Below are positions 12,501 to 25,928 of a stretch of DNA of 64,000 nucleotides, one piece after another (the first letter of the stretch is position 1; each line of letters begins with the position of its first letter). Both the position numbers and the translations under genes were made by a program. Source of the stretch: Vicugna vicugna (Eukaryota); NCBI GenBank assembly GCA_013265495.1, contig MU058781.1, positions 414,963 to 478,962 on the forward strand, given 5' to 3'. A model generated the notes under the pieces. That model worked only from the letters and a program-made list of their open reading frames with translations. It was not told where the DNA came from and did no database searches.

Positions 12501-12926
12501 CCAGAAACCAGTTGATTTTTATTACTTCTGAAGATTAAGAGAGTTTAACAAATTCATCCAAGGTTACATAATCAATTAATTGTGGGGCTCGGCCCCTGTT
12601 CTGTGTTACCCCTAAATTTGTGATTGGTGCATTGGTACTGAGTCATTTGGCACAGCTTCTGGCTCAGTGGCATGTGTCTGCAGGGGTGATGAATGTGCAC
12701 GTTCACACTGTTACGTCAAGTTCTCCTCTGAGATTTGGGGAATGACTAGCCACATTTAGGTTCAGATGTCAGAGGTGACATGGACTGGGGCTAACTGGCC
12801 CTTGACAGAAGTGAACCTATGACTTTGGCTTCAAAAGCCCCATTTCTAACTAGCTGGACTTGGAGACCACTGACAGGAGTGTCACGATATATGGGAAAGG
12901 TGAGTTATTGGAAGAAAGGAACTCAC

Positions 12927-13006
12927 CTGGATTTCGCATTTCAATCGAATTTCAAGAGAAGACACAGCGGGCAGGCCACTCCCTAGAGTTTCTTTGTCTT
13001 CTGAAG
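12927..13006 (-). other. Candidate 80-nt internal exon
   Basis: Acceptor ctattctgtgtttttcAG and consensus donor CAG|GTGAGT. Only one frame is open (phase 1 to 0): xSEDKETLGSGLPAVSSLEIRLKCEIQ. Confidence 0.35.
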
Positions 13007-13108
13007 CTGAAAAACACAGAATAGTTCAAAGATGACTAAAGCAACTTCTGTCATCTCCAACCAGAAGAAAGGCTGTCAGCGTAAACTTCAGGATTCTCCG
13101 TCTCAGTA

Positions 13109-13134
13109 TGTGTGTGTGTGTGTGTGTGTGTGTG
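13109..13134. repeat. (TG)13 microsatellite
   Basis: Direct reading. Confidence 0.95.
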
Positions 13135-13729
13135 AGATACATTTTCCTCAGGGATATACATAATGCAAAAGAAAGAAAATCACGTTGCTGGTAAAAGTCC
13201 AAGTACACATGAATGTAACCAGAGACGTGTTCATTTGTTGCTGGAGCTAGATCTGGAATCGAAGGGCTAGAATCTAGAGTATCTATGTGAGTTTTCAAGG
13301 TATAAGCAAAATTGACCAAACTGGGCAAGATGGAGGACTGGACCCAAGACTCCCAGCTGCAGTGCGATGCCCTCCTGGGTCTCCGCATGCCTGACTCGGG
13401 CCTCTTGCTGCTGCTTGGAGCACAAACCAAGAGTCAGACTTGAGGCCTGGTGCGCAGCCAGTTTGTCTCTGACCTAAAAATTACTAATACACTCATCCAC
13501 TTCCTTGAGTCTCCTCATGAGACAAAATTTTATACTTAGACATAAGGGCATTATTACCCTTTGTACTTTTCCTTTTTATTATTATTAAGGGAAACAACAC
13601 AACCTATTTTAAAGGCCAATTTAAATACATCTTTTTATGAGTCTTTCAAATGCATGAGACTTTGCTCAACTCCCAAACTCTGAGAGTTTGCATTAATACA
13701 TTTTTTTTGCCGATTTATTTCACCCTGCC

Positions 13730-14020
13730 TCCCCTTTTAGAGTGCAAACTCCATGAAACCAGAAAATGGGTTTTATTCATCTTTACATATACCGCAGTAC
13801 CGAGCCTGCTGTTTCATATGTGATAAATAACAATATTTGCTGATTTATGGCACATTAAATTCCCCTTGAAGTAGGGGGAAGAGGCATGGGGTAATTATTC
13901 ATTTAGCTTTAGTTATCTCATTTGCAATATAGAAACAGCTTCCGCTTCTGCAAGGCTATGTGAGAAACAAAGTGAATATATGTGAAAGGACTTTGTGCAA
14001 CAGAGGACCACACAGATGTA
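13730..14020 (+). mobile_element. L2 3' end followed by a MIR fragment
   Basis: ttagagtgcaaactccatgaaaccagaaaatgggttttattcatcttt (L2); agttatctcatttgcaatatag...atatgtgaaaggactttg (MIR). Confidence 0.5.
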
Positions 14021-14492
14021 AAAATTAATTTAATTGTACAGCTTTTCTAGTGGCTTTATCATATAGAAAATGAACTACAAAAGGAACCTCACTGCATCCT
14101 CAGTTCTTAATGAATTTCTTTTATAAATTTTAAAACCTTGAGTGAGTTCTACAATGCTTCCAAAAATCACAGAACTCTACTTGATGGAATAATAAAGTCA
14201 ATTCCTTAAGAAGCAGACTCTTCCAGTAACTTATAATGAGAAAAACATGGATAAAAATAAGGTTTCTTTATTCCTTTAAAACCAACATTGATAAATGCCT
14301 TTGCCTTGTTAATAATCTTTCTTTAAATTAAATGCTAGCTTCCCCAGATGTTGTTTGTAAATGCTAATATATGGGTGTGTGTGTGTATAGTTAAAAACTA
14401 GTTGGGTGAACTCTTTCAATGTCTAATCTTTGTTGGTTTCAATATTCTTTCCATTCTTCCTTCTGATCCTCTTGCTAAGGTCTGTAGAATTA

Positions 14493-14974
14493 CAGGCATA
14501 CCTTGTTTCATTGCTCTTTGCTTTACTGAGCTTGGCAGATACTGTGTTTATTACAAACTGAAGGCTTGTGGCCGCCCTGCATTGAGCAAGTCTGTCGGCA
14601 TCAGTTTTGCAACAGCATTTGCTCACTTTGTGTCTCTGTTTCACATTTTGGTAATTTGTCTAATATTTTGAACTTTTTCGTTATTATTATATTTGCTATG
14701 GCATCTGTGATCAGTGATCTTTGGTGTTACAACTATGACTCTCTGAAGGCTCAGAAGATGGTTACCATTTTTTAGCAATAAAGTATTTCTTGATTAAGGT
14801 AGTACTTTTTTTAGACAAAATGGTATTGTACTCGTAATAGACTTCAGTATAGTGTAAATGTAACTTCTATATGCACTGGGAAACCAAAAAATTCATGTGA
14901 CTCACTTTCTTGTGATATTCACTTATATTGTAGTGGTTTGGAACCAAACAGGCAATATCTCCTAGGTGTGCCTG
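14493..14974 (+). mobile_element. Tigger1 internal-deletion derivative (TcMar-Tigger MITE, Tigger1a-like)
   Basis: Terminal inverted repeats CAGGCATACCT...AGGTGTGCCTG with TA on both sides; both Tigger1 ends are joined with no transposase; 482 bp. Confidence 0.92.
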
Positions 14975-15074
14975 TATTTTAATTTAATTATTAAATATTA
15001 TTTCATCTAAAAGAATATTGAATGAATTCTAAGTTCTATAATCCATTATTTTTAATTAGTCTTGACAATGAACG

Positions 15075-15628
15075 TTCCAGTTTTCTATTGCTGTATAACT
15101 AGTCATCTAAAAACGTAGTGGCCTAAAACAGCAGCAATCATTTTTCTCTCTCATGATCTCTATAGGTCAGAAATTTCAGAAGGAATTTTAGTAGGACTAG
15201 CCCGGCAGCTGTGGCTCTGGGTCTCTCATTCAGTCAGAGACAGAGTAGCCGTAACTGGAACAGAGGTGCTGGGGGTAGCGTTGGAATGTCTGGGGACTAT
15301 GTGAGCATCTTTCTCTTTAGGTAGCCTCAGAACCCATTCATATGGCCTCCACATGGGCTATATTTGGCTTCCCAATAGCATGGTAGCCTCAGGGCTGTCA
15401 AACTGCTCACTTGGCCCATAAAGACTTTAAGAGCAACTGTGCCGGGAAGCAGGGCGGAAGCTGTGTCTTGGTTCCTTGGCACTGCAGGTCACGCAGCATC
15501 ATTTCTGCTCCACCCTGTTGGTTGAAACAGTTACAAAATCCAGCCCAGTTTCAGGAAGAGGAGGCAGAGACCGCATTTCTCTGTAAGGAATTTCAAAGTC
15601 TTTGCAGATAGATTTTTAAACTGGCATA
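15075..15628 (-). mobile_element. MaLR LTR, MLT1F/G/H-like
   Basis: ttttctattgctgtataact...tagtggcctaaaacagcagcaatcatt...agcatggtagcctcagggctgtcaaactgctcac...gtcacgcagcatcatttctgc. Confidence 0.75.
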
Positions 15629-15693
15629 ATGAAAACAATATGGCGGTTATCACATGCACTTGCCTAAGTAATCTTATTTCCTATAAACTCAAA

Positions 15694-16600
15694 TATTTAA
15701 CAAACAGTTATTGAGTGTTTATTATGTGCCAGGCACTGAGATAAGTGCTACGGGTAACAAAGAGAATACATAGTTTCAGCCTTGAAAGTGCTTGCTTTCT
15801 AATAAGAAAGAAAGACATAAACCAATAATTACACTGCATGACAAGTGCATGCATTCTGATGGCACAGAGGGGGACAGGGAGAGAAGACGGCTCGTGCATT
15901 CTGGAAGATGTAACCTTGAGTTGAGTTCTAAACAATGAGTGATGACTGATTATTTGTTCCAGGGAGTGGTGCCAGAATGCAAAGCCACAAAGACCAGAGA
16001 CAGTAAACTGAATGTGTGTGTGCGTGTGCACACACACGTATGTGTGTGTATGTTGTGTGTGTGTGGGCACAAGCAGTGAGTGTTTCTGAGACCTACATTT
16101 GAGTCAGGGAGTGGCTGGAGGTGAGGCTGGAGAGAAAGACAGGGACTAGATTATCATGCAGGATCTCATGGACCAAGGGAACTGACTAGTGTTTCTCTTG
16201 TAGATCTTGGGGAAACTTCAAAAGATTTTAAGCAAAAGAGTGCTAGAATACCATTTATTCAGGCAGCTGTGGAGACGGCAGACTTCACAACAGCAACAAA
16301 AAGAACCAGTTAGAAAAATGCTGGGATAACTTTGGTGACAAATCCGGGGGTAAACAGTCGCAGTGATGGAGAGGATGACACCAGTATCACAGACACAACA
16401 TCAGGTCTACAGAACTGGATGGTAGATTGGATGAGAGACATGAAAGAAAAGGAATTGAGAAGTTTGCTGGTGTGGGTAACAGGACAAAGAGTGCCGTCAC
16501 TGACACAGAAGAAGAGGAGGGGGTTCTGGGAAAGGTGAGTTAAGTTTTGCTCACACGGAGTTTGACGGGCCTTTGAGATACCTGAGACAGATAGGATGGT
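15694..16600 (-). mobile_element. L2 element with internal TG-rich tract
   Basis: tttaacaaacagttattgagtgtttattatgtgccaggcactg is the antisense L2 3' end; further L2 motifs continue to about 16600. Confidence 0.75.
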
Positions 16601-18625
16601 AATTGTAATTATTGGTAATAATGACTGGAAGTTGTACTTTGTTTATACATGAGTCTTCTTAGCAGTTTTTAACTATTGTGGCACTTACTCAACAGCTGTC
16701 CCTGGTCATGGCCAGGCTTACACCCCAGAGATTCTTGCCAAGGATACACCCAAGGACCCGCTACGTGAAGCTTAAATGCATAGCGTAATTAACTGCACAT
16801 TAAAGAGCCCTAATGGAAGACACGACGTAAGAGCATAGCACCGTCAGATACGGAGAGAGATAAGGTGGTCTTGGTGGCTGTGGTCACTATTTTTCTCTAC
16901 GTTAGGAAAATGATAGCTTCTTACAGTATGAAACCTTTTGTGCTCACGTGCATCCTATCTTAGGGTTAAGGTCACCTTTTTATATTCCAAAGCCTTCAGG
17001 ATTTCAAGGACTTATTTTTTAATTTATGAATGGGAAGGAACCAAATTAACCTTGTTTTGGTTCTCTGAAAAGTCTGAAGAGAGATCACTTTTCCATTGAT
17101 AAGTAAAGGACCCTTAACGTCTTACTTGATTTTTAAACTTGATTAAGTGTTAAATCTTACTCATGTATTTAATCATTTCAAAAGCATCCCAGATTACTGA
17201 TTGAAAAACATGAATAATAGAAACATTTTATTTTAATTTTGCCAGTAGATGAATGAGAAGATCTATGCTAATTCTTAGTAAATGCTGTTTCATCATGTCT
17301 ATGAATTTAAAATATGTTTCAAATAACAGCTCATGGTTGGCTCTTGCCTTTACACAATCTGAAATTTTTTGCCTTTAATTGGAATGCCTAGATCATCTAC
17401 ATTAACATAACTTTTGATATGCCTGGTTTAATTTGACCATCTTACTACTTAATTTTTTGTTTCTTCTTTTGGAATATTAGAATGTCTTTATGGTTCTATT
17501 TTTATCTCTACTGTGGTTTACTTGCTGTAGTTGTTCATTTTATTTTATTTTTCCATGATTGCCCTAGAGTTTAAAATATGTTTTAACTTAGAGGCTACCA
17601 GTCAATAATAGCACACTGTTACAGTCTAAGAATCTCACAACAGTGTCCTTCTGGTTCCCCTTGATTATCATTTTGCTATCATTGTATTTTATTTCTGATG
17701 TGTTTTAATCCTCACAGTCCATGGCTACTATTTTTCTTGCTACTATATTTTTTTAGATAATAATATTTGAAAAGGAGTAAAATAACCCGAAATGCCTTTT
17801 TTTATTTACCTATAATTTCAGTTTCTAGATCTCTTCATTCCCTTCTGCAGATCCAGCTTTGTATCTGTTACCATTTCCTTCTAACCAACTAACATATTTT
17901 AACCCTTCTGTATCACAGGACCGCTCATAATAAATTCTTTCAGCTTTGATTTGTCCAGAAAAGCTTAGACTTTATTTTTGCAAGGTATTTTCAAAGGGTA
18001 TAGAAGTCAAGGTGATAATTTTCTTTGAGTGCTTTGAAGATGTTGCTTCCTGGTCTCTCAACTTGCACATTTGCATCTTTCTTCCTGGCTGACTTTACAT
18101 ACTGGATCTTTCTCTCCAGCTGACTTCAAGATTTTATCTTGAGTTGTCAGCAGTTTGCCTAATAGGTGCATCTACCTGAGTTTTCCTGTGTGTTCATCAT
18201 TCCTATATTTCCCTAACTTCTTGGTTCTGTGGTGCATTCTTTTTCATTGCATTTGGTTAAATCTTTAAGAATAATTTTGGTTGTTGCCCATAAGTTTACA
18301 ATATACGTTTAAAAACACTCTGAGTCGACATTCAGATACCACTAGGCTGTTTCAGGTGCAGGGCAGGAACCTTACAGCAGTGTTCCCAGATCCTGGTTCT
18401 CACTCTTGTGATAGTGCTGTGATTCACTCCATTCTTAAGTGTGATATTATCAACCAATACAATGTTACTGTTATTCCTTTAAATAGTTATTTTGTATCAA
18501 TTAAGAATAAGAAAAACACAAAGTTATATTTAACTTTCATTTAGTCTTCCTCTGACATTCTTCTTTTTGTATAAATCCAAGTTTATGACCTACCTCATTT
18601 TTCCTACCACTGAAGAGCTTTCCTT

Positions 18626-18862
18626 TCTTTTTTAAATTTGATTTATTATTGAAGTCAGTTGATTTACAATGTTAGTTTCAGGTGTATAGCAAAGCAGTTC
18701 ACTTATACATATACATACATATACTTTTTTTCTTTTCAGATTCTTTCCCACTAGATGTTATTACAAGAAATTGAATACCGTTCCTGTACTCTAAGTAGGT
18801 CCTTGTTGTTTAGCGATTGTATGCATAGTACTGTGTGTCTGTTAATCCCAAACTCCTAAGTT
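18626..18862 (-). mobile_element. Young 5'-truncated L1 3' end
   Basis: T-tail, then ttgaagtcagttgatttacaatgttagtttcaggtgtatagcaaag...ttaatcccaaactcctaa. TSD TGAAGAGCTTTCCTT (18611-18625) / TGAAGAGCTTTTCTT (18863-18877). Confidence 0.9.
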
Positions 18863-20562
18863 TGAAGAGCTTTTCTTAGCGTTTCTTGTAAGGCACGTCT
18901 GCTGGAAATGAATTTCTTCAATTTTGGTTTGTCTGAGAAAGTCTCTATTTCTTTTTAACGTCTGAAGGTTCATTTCATTGGCTGTGTGATTCTAGATTGG
19001 GAATTATTTTCCTGAATAATTTAAAGGTTTCACCATCTGTCTTCCTGCTTACACGGTTTCTGCTGAGAAATCAGCTACAGTCTTATTCTTGTTTCTCTAT
19101 AGGTAAAGTTGGGTTTTTGCCCCTCTGGTTTTCTCTTTGTTTTTAGTTTTCTTCCATTTGAATCTGACATACCTTGGTGGTGTCTGAGCTTCCAGGCTCT
19201 GTGGGTTGGTGTCTTCATTAGGGATATTTCTCAGCCATTACTACTTCAAATATTTCTTCTCTCCCATTGTCTTTCTTCTCCTTCTGTTATTCTAATTGTG
19301 TGTATCTAACTGTTTGATATTGTTCCACAGTTCTGGGATGTTCTGTTCTTTTTTTTTTTTTAATTCTTTTGTTTTCTTTGCATTTACATTTGGGAAGTTT
19401 TATTGACTCATTTTCAATTTCCCTGATTTCCTCCCCCAGCTGTGTCAAATCCCACAATGGGCCAGCCAAACCCTTCTTCATTTCTGTTACTATGCTTTTT
19501 ATTTCTAGTGTTACTTTCAGATTTTTTTTTTTAAATAATGTCCATCTTGCTGCTAATATTACTTGTTTGGCCTTTCATGTGGTCTACTTGTTCCATTAGA
19601 CCCCTTAATATGTTGATAATAGTTATTTTAACTTCTTTGCCTGATAATTCCAACATCTGTGTCATATTTGAGTGTAGTTCTAACGGCTGCTCTGCCTCGT
19701 TCAAAGGCACTTTTTCTGGCCTCTGTATGCCTTGGAGTATTTTGGTAGAAGTCACTTATACTGAGTGTATGAGCATAGGTTCTGAAGTAAACAGGCCTTC
19801 AGTGTACTTACGTTAATCTAGATAGGAACTGGACTGTGTTTAATGTTTGTGCCGTAAGTTACCTGTGGCTTCAAACTCCTCTAGTGTTGTGTTTTCTCCT
19901 CCCTTCTTGGCTTTGGGGCTTCTTGTTAAACTGCTCCTTACAGAGAGTCTGCGTCCTGCAGCCCTGTCAGCTGTAACCCACTCCTGTCATACCTGGGGGT
20001 CCTGGTGTCGGGGTAGAGTGTGGGGGAGGAGACGGTTCTGTAATCTCAGTGTTGGTCTTTCCATGGAACCGCGTCTCAGAGATGTGGCTTTCACACGTGC
20101 TTCTGTCCCTCCTCTAGGAATATGTCCCCTCTACCTCTGCCCCCAGCTCCCCTCCTTGGCTGCAACAGCCCCGATCCACTTCCTTGAAGTTCAGTTGTCT
20201 GTTACCTTGATTTGTTTTAATTATTTAAAAACCTTCCCCCGTCAGCTGAGACAGGAAGGCGGGGTGGGCTGGAGCAGGTGGGACTAGATTTCAGCATTGC
20301 CCTCTAATGAGTCATTTTCCATGGGGATGAGGCTCTTATCATGTGGGAGGTGCTGGGAGGGTTTGGCAAGGACTCCCTTCTTTCTCCCCTCGCCAGGACC
20401 ACGGCAGGGTCTTCCTTAGATTCCCCAGAGTGAGAAATTGGCGGAGTTCCTGAAGTGAGATCCCGAGAAAGGATGGAGACCCCCTGTGACGACAGCCCCA
20501 GGAGTTTCTCATTCTCACGCTAGTCCATACTCATCCTGCAGCGAATGATCAAGTCAGCCGGT

Positions 20563-21053
20563 TGTGATGGTTAATCTTACGTGTCAACTTGTCTGGGTAC
20601 CCAGTTGTTTGGTCAAACACTAGTGCAAGTGTTGCTGTGAGTATACCGTTTAGATGTGACTAACATTTAAATCAGTAGACTTTTAGTACAGTAGGTGACC
20701 CTCCATAGTGAGGCTGAGTCTTATCCAATCAGTTGAAGGCCTTAAGAGTCAAGACTGAGATTCCCTGAAGAGGCAAAGATGCTGCCTCCAGACTGCCTTT
20801 GGACTCAAGACTGCAACAGTCACTCCTATCAGAACGTCAGCCTGCCAGCCTGCCCTACGGGCTCATACAGCAATGTGAGTCAGTCCCTTAAAGTGAATCT
20901 CTCTCTCTCTCTCCTCCTCTCAGTCCCCTCCCCCGATACACACACACACACGTAGAGATGTACACATCTATATTTATAGCTATACATCTATATATATGCA
21001 TAGAGATAGATCTCCTACTGTTTCTATTTCTCCAGAGACCCCTTAGTAACACA
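20563..21053 (+). mobile_element. ERVL solo LTR, MLT2-type
   Basis: Starts TGTGATGGTTAATCTTACGTGTCAACTTG; contains atccaatcagttgaaggccttaagag and an internal CT/CA/TA simple repeat; ends TAACACA. Confidence 0.9.
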
Positions 21054-22934
21054 ATGCTATTTCCCTTTCCTGCAGGATGCTCCCACATATTAACAGAGTT
21101 ACTTAAACATCCTCATTACAATAGCTCCCACCTCTGAATCTAGCCTGGTTGACAGTTTTCATCTTTTGTCAGTGGGTCTTTCTCTTAGCCTCACTGTTTT
21201 CAGTGCCTCATAATGTTTGATTGAATGCCAGGCAGTTTGGTAGAAGAGCAGAGCAGAGGCCGAAGACTATTTACTCCTGGAAACCGGCACGGCTTCTTCT
21301 CCACGAGACCATTGTTGGATAGGGTTGCGTGAACAGGGTCAGCTGCTGGGCTCAGTCGGGGCTCTGTTGCTGTTCTTGTAACTTTCCGCACACCACGGGC
21401 TCAGGTGCTCCCTTGGAGCACTGCATTGCCTTGTGCTTGCCGTAAGGGCTGGAGTGGCAACCAGTTTTTCTAAAACTTCCTGCCCCACTTTTAGCTTTCC
21501 GTAGGCCCTGCACATCCCTACGTGTAAATTCCCTAAGGACCTGAGAGGGCTCCCTTGTCTCCGCACAAGTGGTAAATTGTTGTTATTTGTTACTTACTAA
21601 AAGCTTCAAGGTTGGGCAGGGGTGGGTCTCAGCTTTCCTAAAGGAGCCTAAGTTGGAGGCATGCTTTCATTCTGGAACCTCAAGAATGATACTTTCTCAG
21701 CCTTCCCTCTTGCATTATTGTATCAGAGGACCTTGCATAAGAGAAGATTTCCTGCCTCTCATCAAGAGATTGATGGCTTTTGCCAAGTGACACTTCAAAT
21801 GAGAATGACATGTAGGTGTGTCTCTCTGTCTATGAAGTCGGAGTGGAAATGTCGTAAGCAAAAACAAAATAAAATTTTTCAACATATTGCCAGTTTTGGA
21901 ATGCTGAAAATTCTCTGTTTTAGGAGAAGATGACATGGTATATGAAGAAAATAGAAATGAACAATTCTCCTCAAAATGGCCAATAAACTAACTAAACTAA
22001 TTAGTTAAAAAATGCCAAATCACGCTGATACATAATGTTGAGTCTGGACTTGTAAGACATCAAGATACGACTTTATTCTGGCCATCATGAGAGTTTTATA
22101 ATCACGTCTATCATCCTGCTCCAAGTTCCCCTATTCTTCAACGTACTGAGTTTCTATGGGAACATTAAATGTGATGCAAAAACTTGGCATGAGGCTAAAC
22201 CCAAAACAATGGTGGGAAGTGCTGGATTCTTTCTTGGTTTTGACAGCTTGGATCTCACCACTTTTTATATGGCCTCTTCTAGACCGACTTCTAATTATCC
22301 ATGTTTCTTCTTCCTTCCGTACATGCAGTTCTACCAAGTTACTTCAAACTGCAAATAAAGTTACTGTGTTAATGAGAATTATTTCTTGAAGGCATTCATT
22401 GAATGGCAGCTTACAACGCATGGACATTCTTAGGCATTTTTGGATCTTCATTATTCAAGTTTTATTATTAAATCCAATTACAGTTCTGAACTTTCGCACG
22501 TGTGTGTCTGCTATTGCTTATCTCTTTTGGTCACTGAGTTGCATTTTACTTTATCTGAGAATAATTGGAGATGAAGAATGAAAGTTAAACTTAACATTGC
22601 TTTTACTTTCCAAATAGTTGTTAGTTCACTGCCTTGGGAAGACATTTTTGAATTAACATTCTAATTTTGATGGAAAGTATTGCAACAACTCAAAAATACT
22701 GGTATTTTTACACTTATCTATGCATTTTTTTCAATGATTATATTCTCATGTTTTCTTATGAAAGTGGGTAACTGATAACAACTGTTAACTAGAGTGGATG
22801 ACTGATAACTTACAGTAACAGCTGGTAAAAATAACAGCTCCCAGCTGGGAGCAGGCTTGCAGTGGGAGACTGTAATTTTATTTAGGATACTCAGTAAGCG
22901 ATATTAGATCTTGATAGTTTGCAATACGGTTTCA

Positions 22935-23060
22935 TGAGAAGGACACTGGACTTGAAGTCAGGACATCTTGGTTCCCTCCTAGCTCTGCCCCTTTCTATCT
23001 GCTTCATTGCGAAATTCCTTTTCATTTCTGCTTCTCAGTTTCCTTACCTTCAAATTTTTA
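22935..23060 (+). mobile_element. MIR
   Basis: acactggacttgaagtcaggacatcttggttc...ctcagtttccttacctt. Confidence 0.6.
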
Positions 23061-23901
23061 CTAATGATCTGTGTACATCAAAGGACACTTGAGAACCACG
23101 AATGGATTACTGTGTTTGTACCTAATGCAATTAAAAATTAATGCCATTAGTATGGCTTTAGGTTAACAGAGTTAACATGACACATTTGAAGACACTGGCG
23201 TGCAGGAAGTCAGAAGATTTGAAGAAGAGCCTATTACGGATTCAATACATCTTGATGATAAAATTCCCAAACTCCATGTCAGTCTCATTTTAGGGGTTGG
23301 TCCTTTCTGAATTCTAACACATGTTTTCTCTATTTAAAGGTTCTCTTCAATGTTCTAATATTTTAAACAATATCAGTTGTTTTCCCACTTGCCATTGGCA
23401 AGAAAGAACACATTGTTATTTTCATTATGCCATCCAGGCAATACATAACTTCATGCTACTTGTGTTGGCTTGTGGATTTGAAAATAAAGGAGCTTTTCTA
23501 GGAAACCAAGACATAACATTTTGAACGGCCAATCTTCCAGCTTTTAAAAATTTTAATCCAGGAAATAATTTCCATATGAATATAGCCTCTTCCATTTATA
23601 ACCCCGTCCCCCCAAAAGCTTTCTTACATATCAACACATTCCTCTAATGGACCACACAACAATTCCAGTCTTTCAAAATTCTGCAGAGACAGCCGTATCA
23701 TTAGTAGGAAGAAAACTAGTTTTGGTAAACATTAAAATTTCCCACAAGAGTCTGCTTGTAAGTCAAAGTAACTTTGAAGACATGTGATGATTTTTTCCCC
23801 CATGCTTATGCTTTTTTTGAACACGAGCACAATTAAAAAAAACACAGTTGTGATCATAAATATAAACCCAGAGTCATAAATGGTCTGAGAAAACATTCTT
23901 C

Positions 23902-24077
23902 TCAAAGTTTGACAGGAAATATTTCCTTGGGACTTTGATGAACATGAACACTTGGAATTAGTCCTTCTGCCTCATTTGAAGTCATTTGCTTTGAATATTC
24001 ACTGATATTCCTGATACAAGGAGACCCACTGATTCTGACCCTCAATTCTCTCTCATCATCTGGCGACCATTTAAAAT
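23902..24077 (-). other. Candidate terminal coding exon (unassigned)
   Basis: Acceptor gcttttgtatctgtcAG, then phase-1 frame xFKWSPDDERELRVRISGSPCIRNISEYSKQMTSNEAEGLIPSVHVHQSPKEIFPVKL*. Confidence 0.22.
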
Positions 24078-24620
24078 CTGACAGATACAAAAGCTTTTCC
24101 TGGGAGGCGTAGTCCAGCGTGAATAAAGACCAGTATTGACGTGATTGAAAGAGTATGAGTTCTTTATTTTTCAGAGCGAATCTTGTAACTCTCTGTGGAC
24201 ATGATTTATGTGATGGTGGAAAGAATATAAAGTCCAGTGCGCGTGTCTGTCACTACAACCTGTAAACCACTCACGGTGGGGACCATCCCAAGGCTTCACC
24301 CCAAGACCAGGGCTTCCTAGCCAAGCATTTCTCCTTAAGAATTGGTTCTGAACAAAACACATTGGGTTTAAGAAGTTCTTGTAAAAGGTGATTGTGGATT
24401 GAGAGTCAGAGAGGATGGGAGCTTCTATGTCTAGACTCTGCCATCTTATTAAGGAGGATGACTGATTCCTCCTGTTCTGCTGTTGTCTGTTTATTTGAAT
24501 ATAATCTGCCTTGTGCTTCTCTATTCTGTTTCTTATTTGATAGACAGTAGAAAATACATAAGCATTTTCTGCCTCCTCTAAATAATGTCTTTACTGTGCA
24601 GCTGAGAAGGTCCCGAAGTC

Positions 24621-24726
24621 TTGATTCTTTTCCATTATAGGTTATTACAAGCTATTGAATATAGCTCCCTGTGCTGTACAGTAGGACCTCGTTGTTCACC
24701 TGTTTCACATATAGTAGTTTGTATCC
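24621..24726 (-). mobile_element. Young L1 3' UTR fragment lacking its tail
   Basis: gattcttttccattataggttattacaagctattgaatatagctccctgtgctgtacagtaggacc, homologous to ~18740-18835. Confidence 0.8.
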
Positions 24727-25020
24727 ACAAAAGGTTTTTATGTTGTCTTCTTTCACCTGTGGTTCTTGGGTGTGAGAAAACTATACTTGCATATTCATAT
24801 TGGTTTTAATGCAGATTTCCTTCAAAAAAATATTGTACCAAATTCCACTGACATGATCATTGTTTGATAATGTCTATATTCTTTTGGACACAATAAAAAC
24901 TTGGACTACTCAGGTAAATGGACTATTATATTTATATCTATTTATCTATATTTCTAAGATGTCTATAAAAATACTGTACAGGGATCCTGGTTCAATTTAT
25001 GGGTCTAAAATTTTAGTGCC

Positions 25021-25100
25021 ATAATTGTAAACCAACTATACTTCAAGAAAACTATAAAAATAAAAACAAATATTACAGTCAAAAATTAAAAAAATAAAAT
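25021..25100 (+). mobile_element. Very short L1 3' terminus with A-rich tail
   Basis: attgtaaaccaactatacttcaa followed by an A-rich run. Confidence 0.6.
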
Positions 25101-25674
25101 GCTCATGACTGAACATTAATTATGATGTGTATAAGTCCACAACTACATTAAAAAAGTTATTTCTGCAAGAAACAGATCTTACTAATTCATATTCTTGAAC
25201 CTCAAAGGTTTTAAAATACTTCTGTTTAGACCACATTCTATGTGAGCAGCAAGAGAGAATGAAATTTCTTGGCATATAAATGCCAGGAAGGAGACTGACT
25301 AAAAATTTTCCACATGATTTGTTTCCCACATAATTTAATGTGGCTTTTCTATGAAGTTTCATGTGAAAGCTAAATATAATTGCTCATGGTTAGAACTAAA
25401 ATCTGTATTTATACCACCTGAAACTATTAATTTTGATTTTAAATATATAGAGTTTTTGTATCCTCCTTTTAAAGACTCTTATTATTATCAGTCCACATAG
25501 TAGCATGGCAATACCCAGAGGATGGCCACATGTTTAGAAAAAGGGACAAAAATGTGGAAGATTCTTTCCAACACACACGCACGTGTGCTCACGCTAACTG
25601 TTCAGCGTTATGTGCAGCAGGACCTCAGGTCTGTATTCCTCGTTAGAACTTGATGGTGTCTATTTACTCTTTAG

Positions 25675-25928
25675 GAGTAGATCTGGCGACTGCTACTGGA
25701 AGACAGAGGCTGCTAAGGGGAACACAGTCACATCTGGATGAAAAAGCCCAAACACATCATTGTCAACATCTTCTACAGAATCACTCAGAAGATGGACATG
25801 TTCTACCAGGATTTTGCAAGCGTGACGTGGCAGACTCTGCCTTAGCCGGGGATATGCCACCTGATTATGCAAGCGTATCTGGAGTGGTGCAGAATTCTAG
25901 GGCAACTGTAGGCAATTCAGCGATCTGA
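25675..25928 (+). other. Candidate terminal coding exon (unassigned)
   Basis: Acceptor tctatttactctttAG, then a phase-1 frame of 83 codons ending ...GDMPPDYASVSGVVQNSRATVGNSAI*. Confidence 0.22.

Larger units (their letters stand above)
17330..21560 (-). mobile_element. Old L1 fragments (L1MC/L1MD-like, probably more than one copy) carrying nested insertions
   Basis: Extended antisense L1 phrases, e.g. caatctgaaattttttgcctttaattggaatg and ttggtttgtctgagaaagtctctatttc. ORF-track fragment QLGEEIREIENESIKLPK resembles an ORF1 coiled coil. Confidence 0.75.

Noticed and set aside
13026..13430. 134-aa ORF (similarly 15708-16070)
   Set aside because: Runs through dinucleotide repeats or L2 (THTHT runs); compositional artefact.
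16696..16775. Plus-strand acceptor with short frames
   Set aside because: Weak pyrimidine tract; all frames close within ~30 codons.
19847..20287. 146-aa ORF
   Set aside because: Lies in antisense old L1 5' sequence, has a TTG start and shows no splice or protein signal.
24621..25100. Possible twin-primed (5'-inverted) L1 joining the minus fragment and the plus 3' terminus
   Set aside because: About 300 bp of unrelated sequence intervenes, the breakpoints are not adjacent in L1, and no convincing shared TSD was found.
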